From assembly GCA_017398585.1 (NCBI GenBank), contig JAFQFS010000170.1:7043-71042 (forward strand): a stretch of DNA of 64,000 bases, given 5' to 3'. Within the stretch, counting starts at the first letter, position 1. Each line of letters starts with the position of its first letter. Shown piece after piece: positions 1 through 11,860 of the stretch. A model generated the notes under the pieces. That model was not told where the DNA came from. It searched no databases and worked only from the letters and a program-made list of their open reading frames with translations. The translations under genes were made by a program, and so were the position numbers. This DNA comes from Clostridia bacterium (GTDB lineage: Bacteria; Bacillota; Clostridia; Oscillospirales; CAG-272).

Positions 1-24
1 AAGTGAAAATATCCCAAAAAACAC

Positions 25-53
25 TTGATTTTTTGGTGGATTTGTATTACAAT
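25..53 (+). promoter_or_regulatory. sigma-70-like promoter upstream of pfkA
   Basis: TTGATT (25-30), 17-nt spacer, TACAAT (48-53); about 50 nt upstream of the pfkA start. Confidence 0.5.
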
Positions 54-101
54 ATTTAATATGGAACGATTTTAACTTAACCATAGAAAGGTGTTATAAA
101 T

Positions 102-1202
102 ATGGCACAGAAATTCAGAAAAATCGGTGTTCTTACCTCCGGCGGTGACGCTCCGGGTATGAGCGCTGCAGTAAGAGCGGTTACCAGAGCGGCCAATGCA
201 CGCGGCGTGCAGGTTATGGGTATTATCGGCGGTTACCGCGGTATGATCCACGACGAAATGATCGAACTCACCAACCGTGAAGTATCCAACAAGATCATGC
301 TTTCCGGTACGTTCCTGTATTCCGACCGCTGCCTTGAATTCAAGGAAGAAGAAGGCATGCAGAAGGCAATCGCTACCCTCAAGAAGCACGACATCGACGG
401 CGTGATCGCCATCGGCGGTGACGGCACCTTCCGCGGTGCAACCGACCTGTCCGTACGCGGCATCCCGACCATCGGCGTTCCCGGCACCATCGACAACGAT
501 ATCACCGCGTCCGACAACACCATCGGCTTCAACACCGCGATGACCACCGTTATCGAAAACGTTGACCGCCTCCGTGACACCTGCGAATCCCATGCTCGTC
601 TCAACGTTGTTGAAGTTATGGGCCGCGGCGCGGGCGACATCACCCTCAACACCGCCATCGCATCCGGCGCAGTTGCCGCTGTCATTCCGGAAGCTCCGTT
701 TGACGAAGAAGCCTGCATCAATAAGGTGATCCGTCTCCGCCGCGAAGGCAAGAGAGGCTTCCTCATCATCGTATCCGAAGCATTCCCGACCCTCGGCGAA
801 GAACTCGCAAAGAAGATCACCGCCATCACCAAGGATCTCGCGGAAAAGGAAGGCAACGACAGACTCTGGGTTGAATCCAAGTTCTGCCGTCTCGCTCACA
901 CCGTCCGCGGCGGTTCCCCGACTCTCGCTGACCGTCTCCTCGCTACCAAGATGGGCGTACGTGCCGTTGACGAACTTCTCGCAGGCAACTCCGACCTCAT
1001 CATCGTGGAACGTGCCGGTGAAATCACCACCTGCGGCATCCGCTGGTCCCAGGTTCTCGACCGTATGTACAAGGGTACCCTCAAGCCGGGTATGACCGAC
1101 GCATACACCGCAGAACAGCTCGCTGAAATGGAAGCGTTCATCGCTGCAAAGAAGGCAGAATTCGAAAAGAACTACGCAATGCTCAACGAACTCGCTGACT
1201 GA
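102..1202 (+). CDS. pfkA: ATP-dependent 6-phosphofructokinase
   Basis: 366-aa ORF with GVLTSGGDAPGM, IGGDGTFRGA and PGTIDNDI motifs typical of PfkA; AGAAAGG RBS-like sequence upstream. Confidence 0.95.
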   Translation: MAQKFRKIGVLTSGGDAPGMSAAVRAVTRAANARGVQVMGIIGGYRGMIHDEMIELTNREVSNKIMLSGTFLYSDRCLEFKEEEGMQKAIATLKKHDIDGVIAIGGDGTFRGATDLSVRGIPTIGVPGTIDNDITASDNTIGFNTAMTTVIENVDRLRDTCESHARLNVVEVMGRGAGDITLNTAIASGAVAAVIPEAPFDEEACINKVIRLRREGKRGFLIIVSEAFPTLGEELAKKITAITKDLAEKEGNDRLWVESKFCRLAHTVRGGSPTLADRLLATKMGVRAVDELLAGNSDLIIVERAGEITTCGIRWSQVLDRMYKGTLKPGMTDAYTAEQLAEMEAFIAAKKAEFEKNYAMLNELAD

Positions 1203-1228
1203 GTTTGAACATAGAAAAAACAATACGT

Positions 1229-1256
1229 GGGGGAGACGGTCAACGTCTCCCTTTTC
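1229..1256 (+). terminator. rho-independent terminator after pfkA
   Basis: GGGAGACG / CGTCTCCC 8-bp GC-rich stem with 5-nt loop followed by TTTT. Confidence 0.7.
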
Positions 1257-1359
1257 GCTTATTTGCAGATGAACAAAGTGTGAAGAGAGTTTTTCACAAA
1301 AGTAATGAAATTTCCTGAGATTTCCGTATGAACCGGGAGAAAAACGGGATTCATATAGT

Positions 1360-1719
1360 ATGAAGAATCAGAATAATTTCCGCGAAATCATGAATGCGCT
1401 GGGACGCATCGGAGGTGTTGCCGGATTCGGAATTTCCGTGGTGACGCCGCTCATTGTATGTATTCTGTTCGCCGTCTGGCTGAGAAACCGGTTCGGACTG
1501 GGGGAATGGGTATTGATCACGGCGATGATCGTCGGACTGATCAGCGCGGGATGCGGCGCATACCGGTCGATCCGGGTATTTCTCCGTGAGGAGGAACGGC
1601 GGGACGCGAAAAAGGCCGCCGAATATCCGCCGCTTACTCCGAAACGTGACCCGAACGAAGCATGGCATATCCCGACGGAAACGGAAGGGGAGCAGGAAGA
1701 TCCGCAGAAACTGGAGTAA
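1360..1719 (+). CDS. AtpZ/AtpI-family small membrane protein (putative ATP synthase accessory protein)
   Basis: 119-aa ORF at the head of the atp operon; two hydrophobic helices (GFGISVVTPLIVCILFAVWL, WVLITAMIVGLISAGCGAY); call rests on position and topology. Confidence 0.6.
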   Translation: MKNQNNFREIMNALGRIGGVAGFGISVVTPLIVCILFAVWLRNRFGLGEWVLITAMIVGLISAGCGAYRSIRVFLREEERRDAKKAAEYPPLTPKRDPNEAWHIPTETEGEQEDPQKLE

Positions 1720-1728
1720 ATTTCACTT

Positions 1729-2244
1729 ATGAAAATTGATCCGATTGTGAAGAAGGAAACCGGCTATATGGCACTCGGCAGCCTGATCTGTACGGCAGTC
1801 GTCGCGCTGGTGTTCGTTCTTCTCAGGAAATTTGATGTCACGGTTGTGCTCGGCTGTCTGGTCGGTTATGTGCTGACCGTGGGGAATTTCTTCGTCATGT
1901 CGAACACGCTGACAAAGGCGATTTCCACCGGAGATGAAGTGACGGCGAAGCTGAAGATGAAGCAGTCATATGTCACACGCTCGGTCGTCATGCTGGTCGT
2001 GATGGGGGCGTCGATCGTGCTGGAACAGATTCACTGGGTTCCGGTCATCGCGTCGGTGTTCTACCCGCGCATCGTCATTTTTGTACGCGGGATCGTGCAG
2101 AATATCCGGAACCGGAAGAATCCTCCGGAAGAAAATCCCGATAACTATGTCAAGTGGGAAGACGACGAAGAGGAAACCGACGAATTCGAGAAATTTGTCG
2201 GCGGATTTTCAAAAACAAAAGATAACAATACAGAAGGGAAGTGA
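1729..2244 (+). CDS. atpI: ATP synthase protein I
   Basis: 171-aa multi-TM ORF directly preceding atpB; position-based call. Confidence 0.6.
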   Translation: MKIDPIVKKETGYMALGSLICTAVVALVFVLLRKFDVTVVLGCLVGYVLTVGNFFVMSNTLTKAISTGDEVTAKLKMKQSYVTRSVVMLVVMGASIVLEQIHWVPVIASVFYPRIVIFVRGIVQNIRNRKNPPEENPDNYVKWEDDEEETDEFEKFVGGFSKTKDNNTEGK

Positions 2245-2252
2245 GGCCTGAA

Positions 2253-2996
2253 ATGGACAGTATCAGCATCACTGGTGCGAAAATTTTCTTTGAAATCCCG
2301 ATTTTCGGCGGAATTCCGATCACGGAAACGCAGGTGAATTCCTGGATTGTCATGCTGGCCATTACGATTCTCTGCCTCGTTCTGACGCATGACCTCAAGG
2401 TTCGCCCGACGTCAAAGCGGCAGATCATTGCGGAATGGATTGTGGAAAAGGTAACGGGACTGGTTTCCGGAAATATGGGCGAGCGCTTTACGTACTACGC
2501 GCCGTTTATCTGCGCGATTCTCGGACTGTCGGCGTTCTCGTCGCTGTCGTCCCTGCTCGGCATGTATCCTCCGACGGCGGACCTCAATACCATCGCGGGC
2601 TGGGCAATCCTCATTTTCTGCATGATTACCTATACCAAGATCAAAACATCCGGTTTCCTCGGCTACCTCAAGGGCTACACGGAACCGTTTGCGCTCTTTA
2701 CCCCGTTCAATATTCTCTCCGAACTGGGAACCCCCGTTTCGATGGCGTTCCGTCACTTCGGCAACATCGTCTCCGGTGTGGTCATTTCGACCCTCGTTTA
2801 CGCCGCGCTGGCATCCGCGTCCACACTGCTGTTCGGCTGGCTGCCCGGCATTCTCGGCAAGATCCCGTTCCTGCAGGTCGGTATTCCCGCCGTTCTGTCG
2901 GTTTACTTTGACCTGTTCAGCTCGTGCATGCAGGCGTTCATTTTCTCCATGCTGACGATGCTCTATATCGCCAACGCCGCATCGGCGGATGAATAA
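2253..2996 (+). CDS. atpB: F0F1 ATP synthase subunit a
   Basis: Multi-TM ORF with the conserved stator arginine context AFRHFGNIVSG; ATG at 2253 chosen over GTG at 2241 because GTGAGG lies 6 nt upstream. Confidence 0.9.
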   Translation: MDSISITGAKIFFEIPIFGGIPITETQVNSWIVMLAITILCLVLTHDLKVRPTSKRQIIAEWIVEKVTGLVSGNMGERFTYYAPFICAILGLSAFSSLSSLLGMYPPTADLNTIAGWAILIFCMITYTKIKTSGFLGYLKGYTEPFALFTPFNILSELGTPVSMAFRHFGNIVSGVVISTLVYAALASASTLLFGWLPGILGKIPFLQVGIPAVLSVYFDLFSSCMQAFIFSMLTMLYIANAASADE

Positions 2997-3320
<324 letters not shown>

Positions 3321-3356
3321 TTTCCTTGCCTTCTGCAAGTGTAAGGAGATAGAAGC

Positions 3357-3854
3357 ATGAGTAATGAATACCTTGAGCTGATCTCGCTGAACGTATGGCA
3401 CATGTTCGCTACCGTCGGGAACCTGCTCATTCTCACATGGATCGTCAAAAAATTCCTGTTTGATCGTGTGAAGAAGGTTCTCGCGGATCGTCAGAATCAG
3501 GTGGACGAGCTGTACCGCGACGCGGAAGAAGCGAAGGACGCTGCGCTGAAGGATAAGACCGAATACGAGGCAAAGCTCGATGCGGCCGACGCCGAAGCGG
3601 AAACGATCCTCAAAAAAGCGTCCGCGCGTGCCGAACGCCGCAGCGACGAGATCATCGAAAATGCAAACCGCAAGGCAGAGGAAACCCTGAAGAAGGCCGA
3701 CGCCGACATTGCCCAGGAAAAGAAGAAGGCGATGAACGACCTCAAAAACGAAATTTCCGAAATTTCCGTGCAGATCGCGGAAACGATTGTGCAGCGCGAG
3801 ATCAACGAGGACGACCACCGCGAACTGATCGACTCGTTTATCGAAAATCTCTGA
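3357..3854 (+). CDS. atpF: F0F1 ATP synthase subunit b
   Basis: N-terminal TM helix followed by a long charged Ala/Glu/Lys coiled coil; operon position; AAGGAG RBS. Confidence 0.9.
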   Translation: MSNEYLELISLNVWHMFATVGNLLILTWIVKKFLFDRVKKVLADRQNQVDELYRDAEEAKDAALKDKTEYEAKLDAADAEAETILKKASARAERRSDEIIENANRKAEETLKKADADIAQEKKKAMNDLKNEISEISVQIAETIVQREINEDDHRELIDSFIENL

Positions 3855-3880
3855 GTGTGCGCATTTGACAGGAACACGAT

Positions 3881-4414
3881 ATGAAAGAAATAGTAAAAGA
3901 ATACGGCGGCGGTCTGTTTGAGCTGGCGATCGACGAAGGACTGGAGGAAACTCTGCTTGCGGAAACGCGCGTTCTGCGCGGGATCCTTGAGCCTGCATAC
4001 CTCCGTCTGCTTACCACGCCCGGCATTCCGAAGTCGGAACGCGTCGGACTCGTGGAGGAAGCGCTCGACGGACGTGTTCATCCCTATCTGGTGAACTTCG
4101 TCAGGATTATGGTAGAGCGCGGCAGTGCGTATGAGCTTCCCGACTGCTTCGACGAATACGAACGTCGGTATTTCCAGCACCGCGGCATCATCCGCGCGAA
4201 GGCGGAAAGCGCCGTTCCGCTTACGGACGGTCAGCGGGAAAAGCTGACCGCACGTCTGGAAGCGCGTACCGGAAAGAAAATCGAGCTGACCTGTGTGGTC
4301 ACGCCCGACCTGCTCGGCGGCATCCGGCTATCCTTTGACAACCGCCTCCTCGACGACACTGCCCGTGCGAAACTGAAAACGATCGCGAATTCTCTGGCAG
4401 GCGCCGTACTCTGA
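3881..4414 (+). CDS. atpH: F0F1 ATP synthase subunit delta (OSCP)
   Basis: 177-aa ORF between atpF and atpA; size and position typical of delta. Confidence 0.85.
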   Translation: MKEIVKEYGGGLFELAIDEGLEETLLAETRVLRGILEPAYLRLLTTPGIPKSERVGLVEEALDGRVHPYLVNFVRIMVERGSAYELPDCFDEYERRYFQHRGIIRAKAESAVPLTDGQREKLTARLEARTGKKIELTCVVTPDLLGGIRLSFDNRLLDDTARAKLKTIANSLAGAVL

Positions 4415-4456
4415 GAACCGGCGCTGTCCCCCATTTTATAAATATGGAGTAATACC

Positions 4457-5971
<1,515 letters not shown>

Positions 5972-5984
5972 TTGAGGAACGGCC

Positions 5985-6818
5985 ATGGGAGCTAACATAA
6001 AAGCGATCCGCGCGCGGATCAAGAGCGTGGAGTCGACCCGACACATCACCAAGGCGATGGAATTGGTGGCGTCCTCGAAAATCAAGCGCGCGACGGCGAA
6101 AATGGAACAGTCCCGCTTCTACCGGTCGGTTATGCTGGATGCATTTGCGGATCTGTCTTCGGCGAAAACGATGTATTCGAAGGCAAGGGACGCATCCCTG
6201 CCGGTTCTGTATATCATCGTTGCCGGTGACCGCGGTCTCGCGGGCGGGTACAACAACAACATTTTCCGTTCGTCGGCCGTTATGATGAAAGAAAACGATA
6301 TAGTTCTGCCGGTCGGCAAACGCGCCGTGGATTATTATTCGGGGAAGAAACGCACTGTGGTCACGAAGGAGTTCACATCCTGCGAGGATATGACTTCTGA
6401 CGGATGTTCCCGCGCGGCGTATCTCATCCGCGACATGTACGACCGTGGTGAGATCGGCGGAGTCCGCCTGATTTCCACGGAATTTGTCTCGATGCTGACG
6501 CAGAATCCGAATATGACGCACCTGCTTCCGCTTCAGAAAGAAGGAGCGGACGAAACGAAACCGTCCGTTTCCGTGGAATACGAACCCTCTGCAGAAGCGG
6601 TTCTGGCCGCTTTGATCCCGGAATACATCGCCGGAGTGCTGTACTCGTCGGTCTGCGAATCGTTCGCGTCCGAGCTTGCCGCACGCCGTACCGCGATGGA
6701 TGCCGCGACAAAGAATGCGGACGAAATGCTCGACAATCTGAGTCTCAAGTACAATCAGGCAAGACAGAGCGCAATCACGCAGGAAATCACCGAAATCGTC
6801 GCAGGCGCGAATGCCTGA
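5985..6818 (+). CDS. atpG: F0F1 ATP synthase subunit gamma
   Basis: 277 aa; N-terminal IKAIRARIKSVEST and C-terminal ITQEITEIVAGA helices typical of gamma. Confidence 0.95.
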   Translation: MGANIKAIRARIKSVESTRHITKAMELVASSKIKRATAKMEQSRFYRSVMLDAFADLSSAKTMYSKARDASLPVLYIIVAGDRGLAGGYNNNIFRSSAVMMKENDIVLPVGKRAVDYYSGKKRTVVTKEFTSCEDMTSDGCSRAAYLIRDMYDRGEIGGVRLISTEFVSMLTQNPNMTHLLPLQKEGADETKPSVSVEYEPSAEAVLAALIPEYIAGVLYSSVCESFASELAARRTAMDAATKNADEMLDNLSLKYNQARQSAITQEITEIVAGANA

Positions 6819-6828
6819 GGGGAAAGCG

Positions 6829-6885
6829 CCGGGGAAACCTTTTTGCAAAAAGGTTTCCCCGGACCCCTTCCAAAAATCTTTGGAC
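6829..6885. repeat. NPR repeat, solo unit (hairpin + flank), between atpG and atpD
   Basis: CCGGGGAAACCTTTTTGCAAAAAGGTTTCCCCGG hairpin followed by ACCCCTTCCAAAAATCTTTGGA; same module as 21 others in the window. Confidence 0.9.
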
Positions 6886-6912
6886 TGGATAAAAATATAT
6901 AGTTTGGTTTGA

Positions 6913-8328
<1,416 letters not shown>

Positions 8329-8346
8329 CGCAGTCAGGAGGGAAGT

Positions 8347-8613
8347 ATGAATACTTTCAAACTGCAGATCGCTGCCCCGGACGGCATGCGCTACGACGGA
8401 GAGGCCGTGCAGATCTCCGTCCGCGGGATCGAAGGCGAACTCGCGGTACTTGCGGGACATATCCCGTTCGTGACCGCGCTGAAATCCGGTGAATGCCGCG
8501 TCTATACGGAGGACAACATCATCCGCCGTGCCAGCTGTTCCGGCGGCATGCTGATGGTCAGCAAGGACTGCGTACGGCTGCTGTCGTCGGATTTTACTTG
8601 GGAAAAGGAATGA
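8347..8613 (+). CDS. atpC: F0F1 ATP synthase subunit epsilon, N-terminal beta-sandwich domain only (88 aa)
   Basis: Position after atpD; GELAVLAGHIPFVTAL motif of epsilon; ORF stops where the C-terminal helical hairpin would begin, at the edge of an NPR repeat. Confidence 0.85.
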   Translation: MNTFKLQIAAPDGMRYDGEAVQISVRGIEGELAVLAGHIPFVTALKSGECRVYTEDNIIRRASCSGGMLMVSKDCVRLLSSDFTWEKE

Positions 8614-8854
8614 TATTTCTCGGGGAGAAACTTTTTGGAAAAAGTTTCTCCCCGAGCCCCTTTTCAAAAACTTTAAAACGAATAAGTACGACAAAGAAAG
8701 TGCAGATTTGAAGTTATAAAACTTCTGTAAAACCAGCAGAAATTTTGTTCCTTCAAATTTGCACTTTCTTTGTATGTCCAATTTGTTTAAAGTTTTTTGG
8801 AAAGGGTGTGGGGAAACCTTTTTGCAAAAAGGTTTCCCCACGAAAATTCAATTA
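8611..8854. repeat. NPR repeat, full-length composite copy (about 244 bp) filling the atpC / EF-G-like convergent spacer
   Basis: Hairpins at 8619-8656 and 8808-8840 in inverted orientation, flanks CCCCTTTTCAAAAACTTTAAA / TTTAAAGTTTTTTGGAAAGGG; core inverted repeat 8691-8713 pairs with 8751-8773 (22 of 23 nt). Confidence 0.9.
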
Positions 8855-10921
8855 TTATTCGTCATCTTCAACCTTAGCTTCAGCGATGACCTTCTGAGCA
8901 ACTGCAGCGGGAACTTCTTCGTAACGGTCTACGATGAAGTCGTACTTGCCGCGGCCCTGGGACATAGCGCGGAGAGCGATGGTGTAGTCGGTCATTTCTG
9001 CCTTCGGAACGTCTGCTTCAACTACCTGATAACCAGCCTTGTCGCAGGGGTTCATACCAAGGACACGACCGCGTCTCTTGTTGAGGTCGCCGATAACGTC
9101 ACCGACGAGAGAGTCCGGAACGGTAACCTTGAGGGATCCGATCGGTTCGAGAAGGATCGGCTTAGCCTTCGGGAGACCTTCCTTGTATGCGAGACGAGCT
9201 GCGAGCTTGAAGGAGATTTCGTTGGAGTCAACCGGGTGGTAGGAACCATCGTACAGGTCAGCTGCGAGGTTAACTACCGGGTAGCCGGCGAGAACACCCT
9301 TGGTCATTGCTTCAAGGAGACCCTTTTCTACTGCGGGGTAGAAGTTCTTCGGAACGGTACCGCCGACAACGGACTGAGTGAAGGTAAGACCTTCGTCTTC
9401 GCCGCGGGAGAATCTCATCTTAACGTGACCGTACTGACCGGAACCGCCGGACTGCTTCTTGTGCTTACCTTCAACGTCGGAGGAACCCTTGATGGTTTCG
9501 CGGTATGCGATCTTCGGGGTGTCGAGAACAACGGAGGTGCCGAAACGGCTCTTCAGCTTGGAAACAACGATGTCAAGCTGCATGTCGCCCATACCGGAGA
9601 TGGTCATCTGCTTGGTTTCTGCGTTGTTTTCGTATACGAGAGTCGGGTCTTCTTCGAGAATCTTGGTGATACCGGTGGAGATCTTGTCTTCGTCGCCCTT
9701 TGCAGCCGGGGTGATAGCCATGGTCATGTAAGGATGAGCAAACGCGATCTTCTTGTATTCGAATTCGGTGGAAGCGGAGAGAGTGTCGTTGGTATTGGTG
9801 TTGGTAAGCTTGGAAATCATACCAATGTCACCGCAAGCGAGAGCGTCAACTTCGGTCTGCTTCTTGCCGCGGAGGGTGTAGATGTGAGCCATCTTTTCCT
9901 GCGCGCCGGTGTTGTTGTTGGTAAGGGTAAGGTCGTTGGTAAGAGTACCGGACATAACCTTGAAGAGAGACATCTTACCGAAGGAGTCAGCGATGGTCTT
10001 GAATACGAAGATTGCGCATTCGCCTTCGCCGTCGATGGGCATATCCTTGAAGTCGTCGCCGTCGATGACCTTTTCAACCTTCTTTGCGGTCGGACGCGGG
10101 AAGGAATCAGCGATGGTTTCGAGGAGGAAGTTGATACCCCAGAGGTTGGTAGCACAGCCGCTGAATACGGGAACGATGGAGCCGTCGATCAGACCGGTGT
10201 GGAGAGCTTCGATTGCCTGTTCCTGGCTGATTTCCATGGTGTCGAAGTACTGTTCAAGGAGTTCTTCGCTGGTCTGAGCGAGAGCTTCGTTGAGAGTATC
10301 GGTATACTTTTCAGCAATCGCTTCCTGATCTGCGGTGAATTCCGCTTCCTTGCGTGCACCCTTGTCGTCGAAAGTGTAAGCAACTCTCTTGATGAGGTTG
10401 AGGAAGGTTACGTTCTTGCCGTTCTTGACGGGAACGAGAACCGGGCAGACAGCGGTACCGAACTTTTCGTGAAGTTCGTCGAATACCTTGTCGAAATCAG
10501 CGTCCGGGTCGTCGCACTTGTTTACGAAGAATGCGCAGGGAATGCCGGCTTCCTGAGCCTTGTCCCAGCCGAGTTCTGCACCGACTTCAGCGCCGGCCTT
10601 GCCGTCGAGCGCGATAACCGCTGCGTCAGCAACACGAACCGCTGCGTCAGCTTCGCCTGCGAAATCGAAGAAACCGGGGGTGTCGATGAAGTTGATCTTG
10701 ATGTCGTTCCACATTACGGGAGCGATGGAAAGATTAAGGGAGAAACCTCTCTTGATTTCTTCGGGATCGTAGTCGCATACGGTATTACCAGCGGTGGTCT
10801 TGCCGAGACGGTCGGTAGCCTTGGTGAGATATAATGCTGCTTCGGCGATGGAGGTCTTACCGGAACCACCGTGACCGAGCAGAACAACGTTACGAATGCT
10901 CTTGGTGTTGATTGCTGCCAT
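8855..10921 (-). CDS. Elongation factor G family GTPase (EF-G paralogue)
   Basis: 688 aa from ATG at 10921 (AAAGGAG RBS); G motifs GHGGSGKTS, DTPGFFDF, NKCD; EF-G domain II-V-like remainder. Confidence 0.9.
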   Translation of the reverse strand: MAAINTKSIRNVVLLGHGGSGKTSIAEAALYLTKATDRLGKTTAGNTVCDYDPEEIKRGFSLNLSIAPVMWNDIKINFIDTPGFFDFAGEADAAVRVADAAVIALDGKAGAEVGAELGWDKAQEAGIPCAFFVNKCDDPDADFDKVFDELHEKFGTAVCPVLVPVKNGKNVTFLNLIKRVAYTFDDKGARKEAEFTADQEAIAEKYTDTLNEALAQTSEELLEQYFDTMEISQEQAIEALHTGLIDGSIVPVFSGCATNLWGINFLLETIADSFPRPTAKKVEKVIDGDDFKDMPIDGEGECAIFVFKTIADSFGKMSLFKVMSGTLTNDLTLTNNNTGAQEKMAHIYTLRGKKQTEVDALACGDIGMISKLTNTNTNDTLSASTEFEYKKIAFAHPYMTMAITPAAKGDEDKISTGITKILEEDPTLVYENNAETKQMTISGMGDMQLDIVVSKLKSRFGTSVVLDTPKIAYRETIKGSSDVEGKHKKQSGGSGQYGHVKMRFSRGEDEGLTFTQSVVGGTVPKNFYPAVEKGLLEAMTKGVLAGYPVVNLAADLYDGSYHPVDSNEISFKLAARLAYKEGLPKAKPILLEPIGSLKVTVPDSLVGDVIGDLNKRRGRVLGMNPCDKAGYQVVEADVPKAEMTDYTIALRAMSQGRGKYDFIVDRYEEVPAAVAQKVIAEAKVEDDE

Positions 10922-10957
10922 TTGGGGAACTCCTTTATGTATGTATATAAGAATCAT

Positions 10958-11026
10958 GTTTTCTCGGGGAACCCTTTTTTTGGGAAAAAGGATTCCCCGA
11001 ACCCCTCCGAAAAACCTTTTTCGGAC
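10958..11026. repeat. NPR repeat, solo unit, in the 5' leader of the EF-G-like gene
   Basis: Imperfect hairpin CGGGGAACCCTTTTTTTTGGGAAAAAGGATTCCCCG plus flank CCCCTCCGAAAAACCTTTTTCGGA (self-pairing TCCGAAAAA/TTTTTCGGA). Confidence 0.85.
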
Positions 11027-11112
11027 TGAAAATAGTCAAAACAATGTTTTATACAAAGGTTTTATGGGATTCGGGTGATGTTTGGTCAAACTTAACAAAG
11101 TCCTACCCCGTT

Positions 11113-11141
11113 ATTATACATCAATTTCCACGGAATTGCAA
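11113..11141 (-). promoter_or_regulatory. sigma-70-like promoter for the EF-G-like gene
   Basis: On the minus strand TTGCAA, 17-nt spacer, TATAAT; about 190 nt upstream of the start codon. Confidence 0.55.
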
Positions 11142-11212
11142 TAGAGGTTGGCGATTTTTTTGTTGTTCCGGATGTAGTATATTTGAGGTGTTTTTTGTAC
11201 AAAATGACAAAT

Positions 11213-11755
11213 TTACGCTTCTTTTACGAGAACATCTGTGATTTCACACACATACATCTTGTGGAAATCACCGTTCGCATAGGTGTACATGGGTGCGGGA
11301 TCGGTCATGGATTCGGGCTTGATCCATTCGGCGTAAAGTTTCTTCGCCTTGATGACGAGACGCGCTTCGTCGAACCAGACGGCGCGGCCGTTTTCGTTCC
11401 GGTCGGCAGCGGCTGTAAGACCGCATTCCTTCGCTTTGTCCACATCGCGTCCGCTGAACTTGCCGCAGTAGGACAGCGCGGGACGGTACGATTCGTCAAA
11501 GAAAGACAGCGTCATGCGGTCGTTTGCTTCGGTGAAGGGGAAGGTGTGGCGCTGCGGACGGATGAAGACAAACACCACCGGACGTCCCCAGAGAACGCCC
11601 ATGCCGCCCCAGCTTGCGGTCATTGTGTTATAATCGGTACCGCAGACCGTTTCTTCGGTATCGTTTGCGGATGTAATCAGCATCCAGTCGTCCCCGATCA
11701 TCTTCACAGTATTGTCGGTGATCGCAGACGGTTCAATATGAGTAAAGTTAGCCAT
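11213..11755 (-). CDS. Flavin reductase-like (flavoredoxin family) protein
   Basis: 180-aa ORF; TMTASWGGMGVLWGRPVVFVFIRP region resembles the flavin reductase-like FMN-binding split barrel. Confidence 0.7.
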   Translation of the reverse strand: MANFTHIEPSAITDNTVKMIGDDWMLITSANDTEETVCGTDYNTMTASWGGMGVLWGRPVVFVFIRPQRHTFPFTEANDRMTLSFFDESYRPALSYCGKFSGRDVDKAKECGLTAAADRNENGRAVWFDEARLVIKAKKLYAEWIKPESMTDPAPMYTYANGDFHKMYVCEITDVLVKEA

Positions 11756-11783
11756 GCACTTATCCTCGTTTCTATAATAGATT

Positions 11784-11860
11784 GAAAGTTTTTGAAAAGG
11801 GGTCTGGGGAAAAACTTTTTTTAAAAAGTTTTTCCCCGGCGTCCCCCTTTCTTAAAAATT
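11784..11860. repeat. NPR repeat, solo unit in flank'-hairpin-flank arrangement
   Basis: GAAAGTTTTTGAAAAGGGG + CTGGGGAAAAACTTTTTTTAAAAAGTTTTTCCCCGG + CCCCCTTTCTTAAAAATT; right flank overlaps the stop codon at 11852-11854. Confidence 0.85.
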
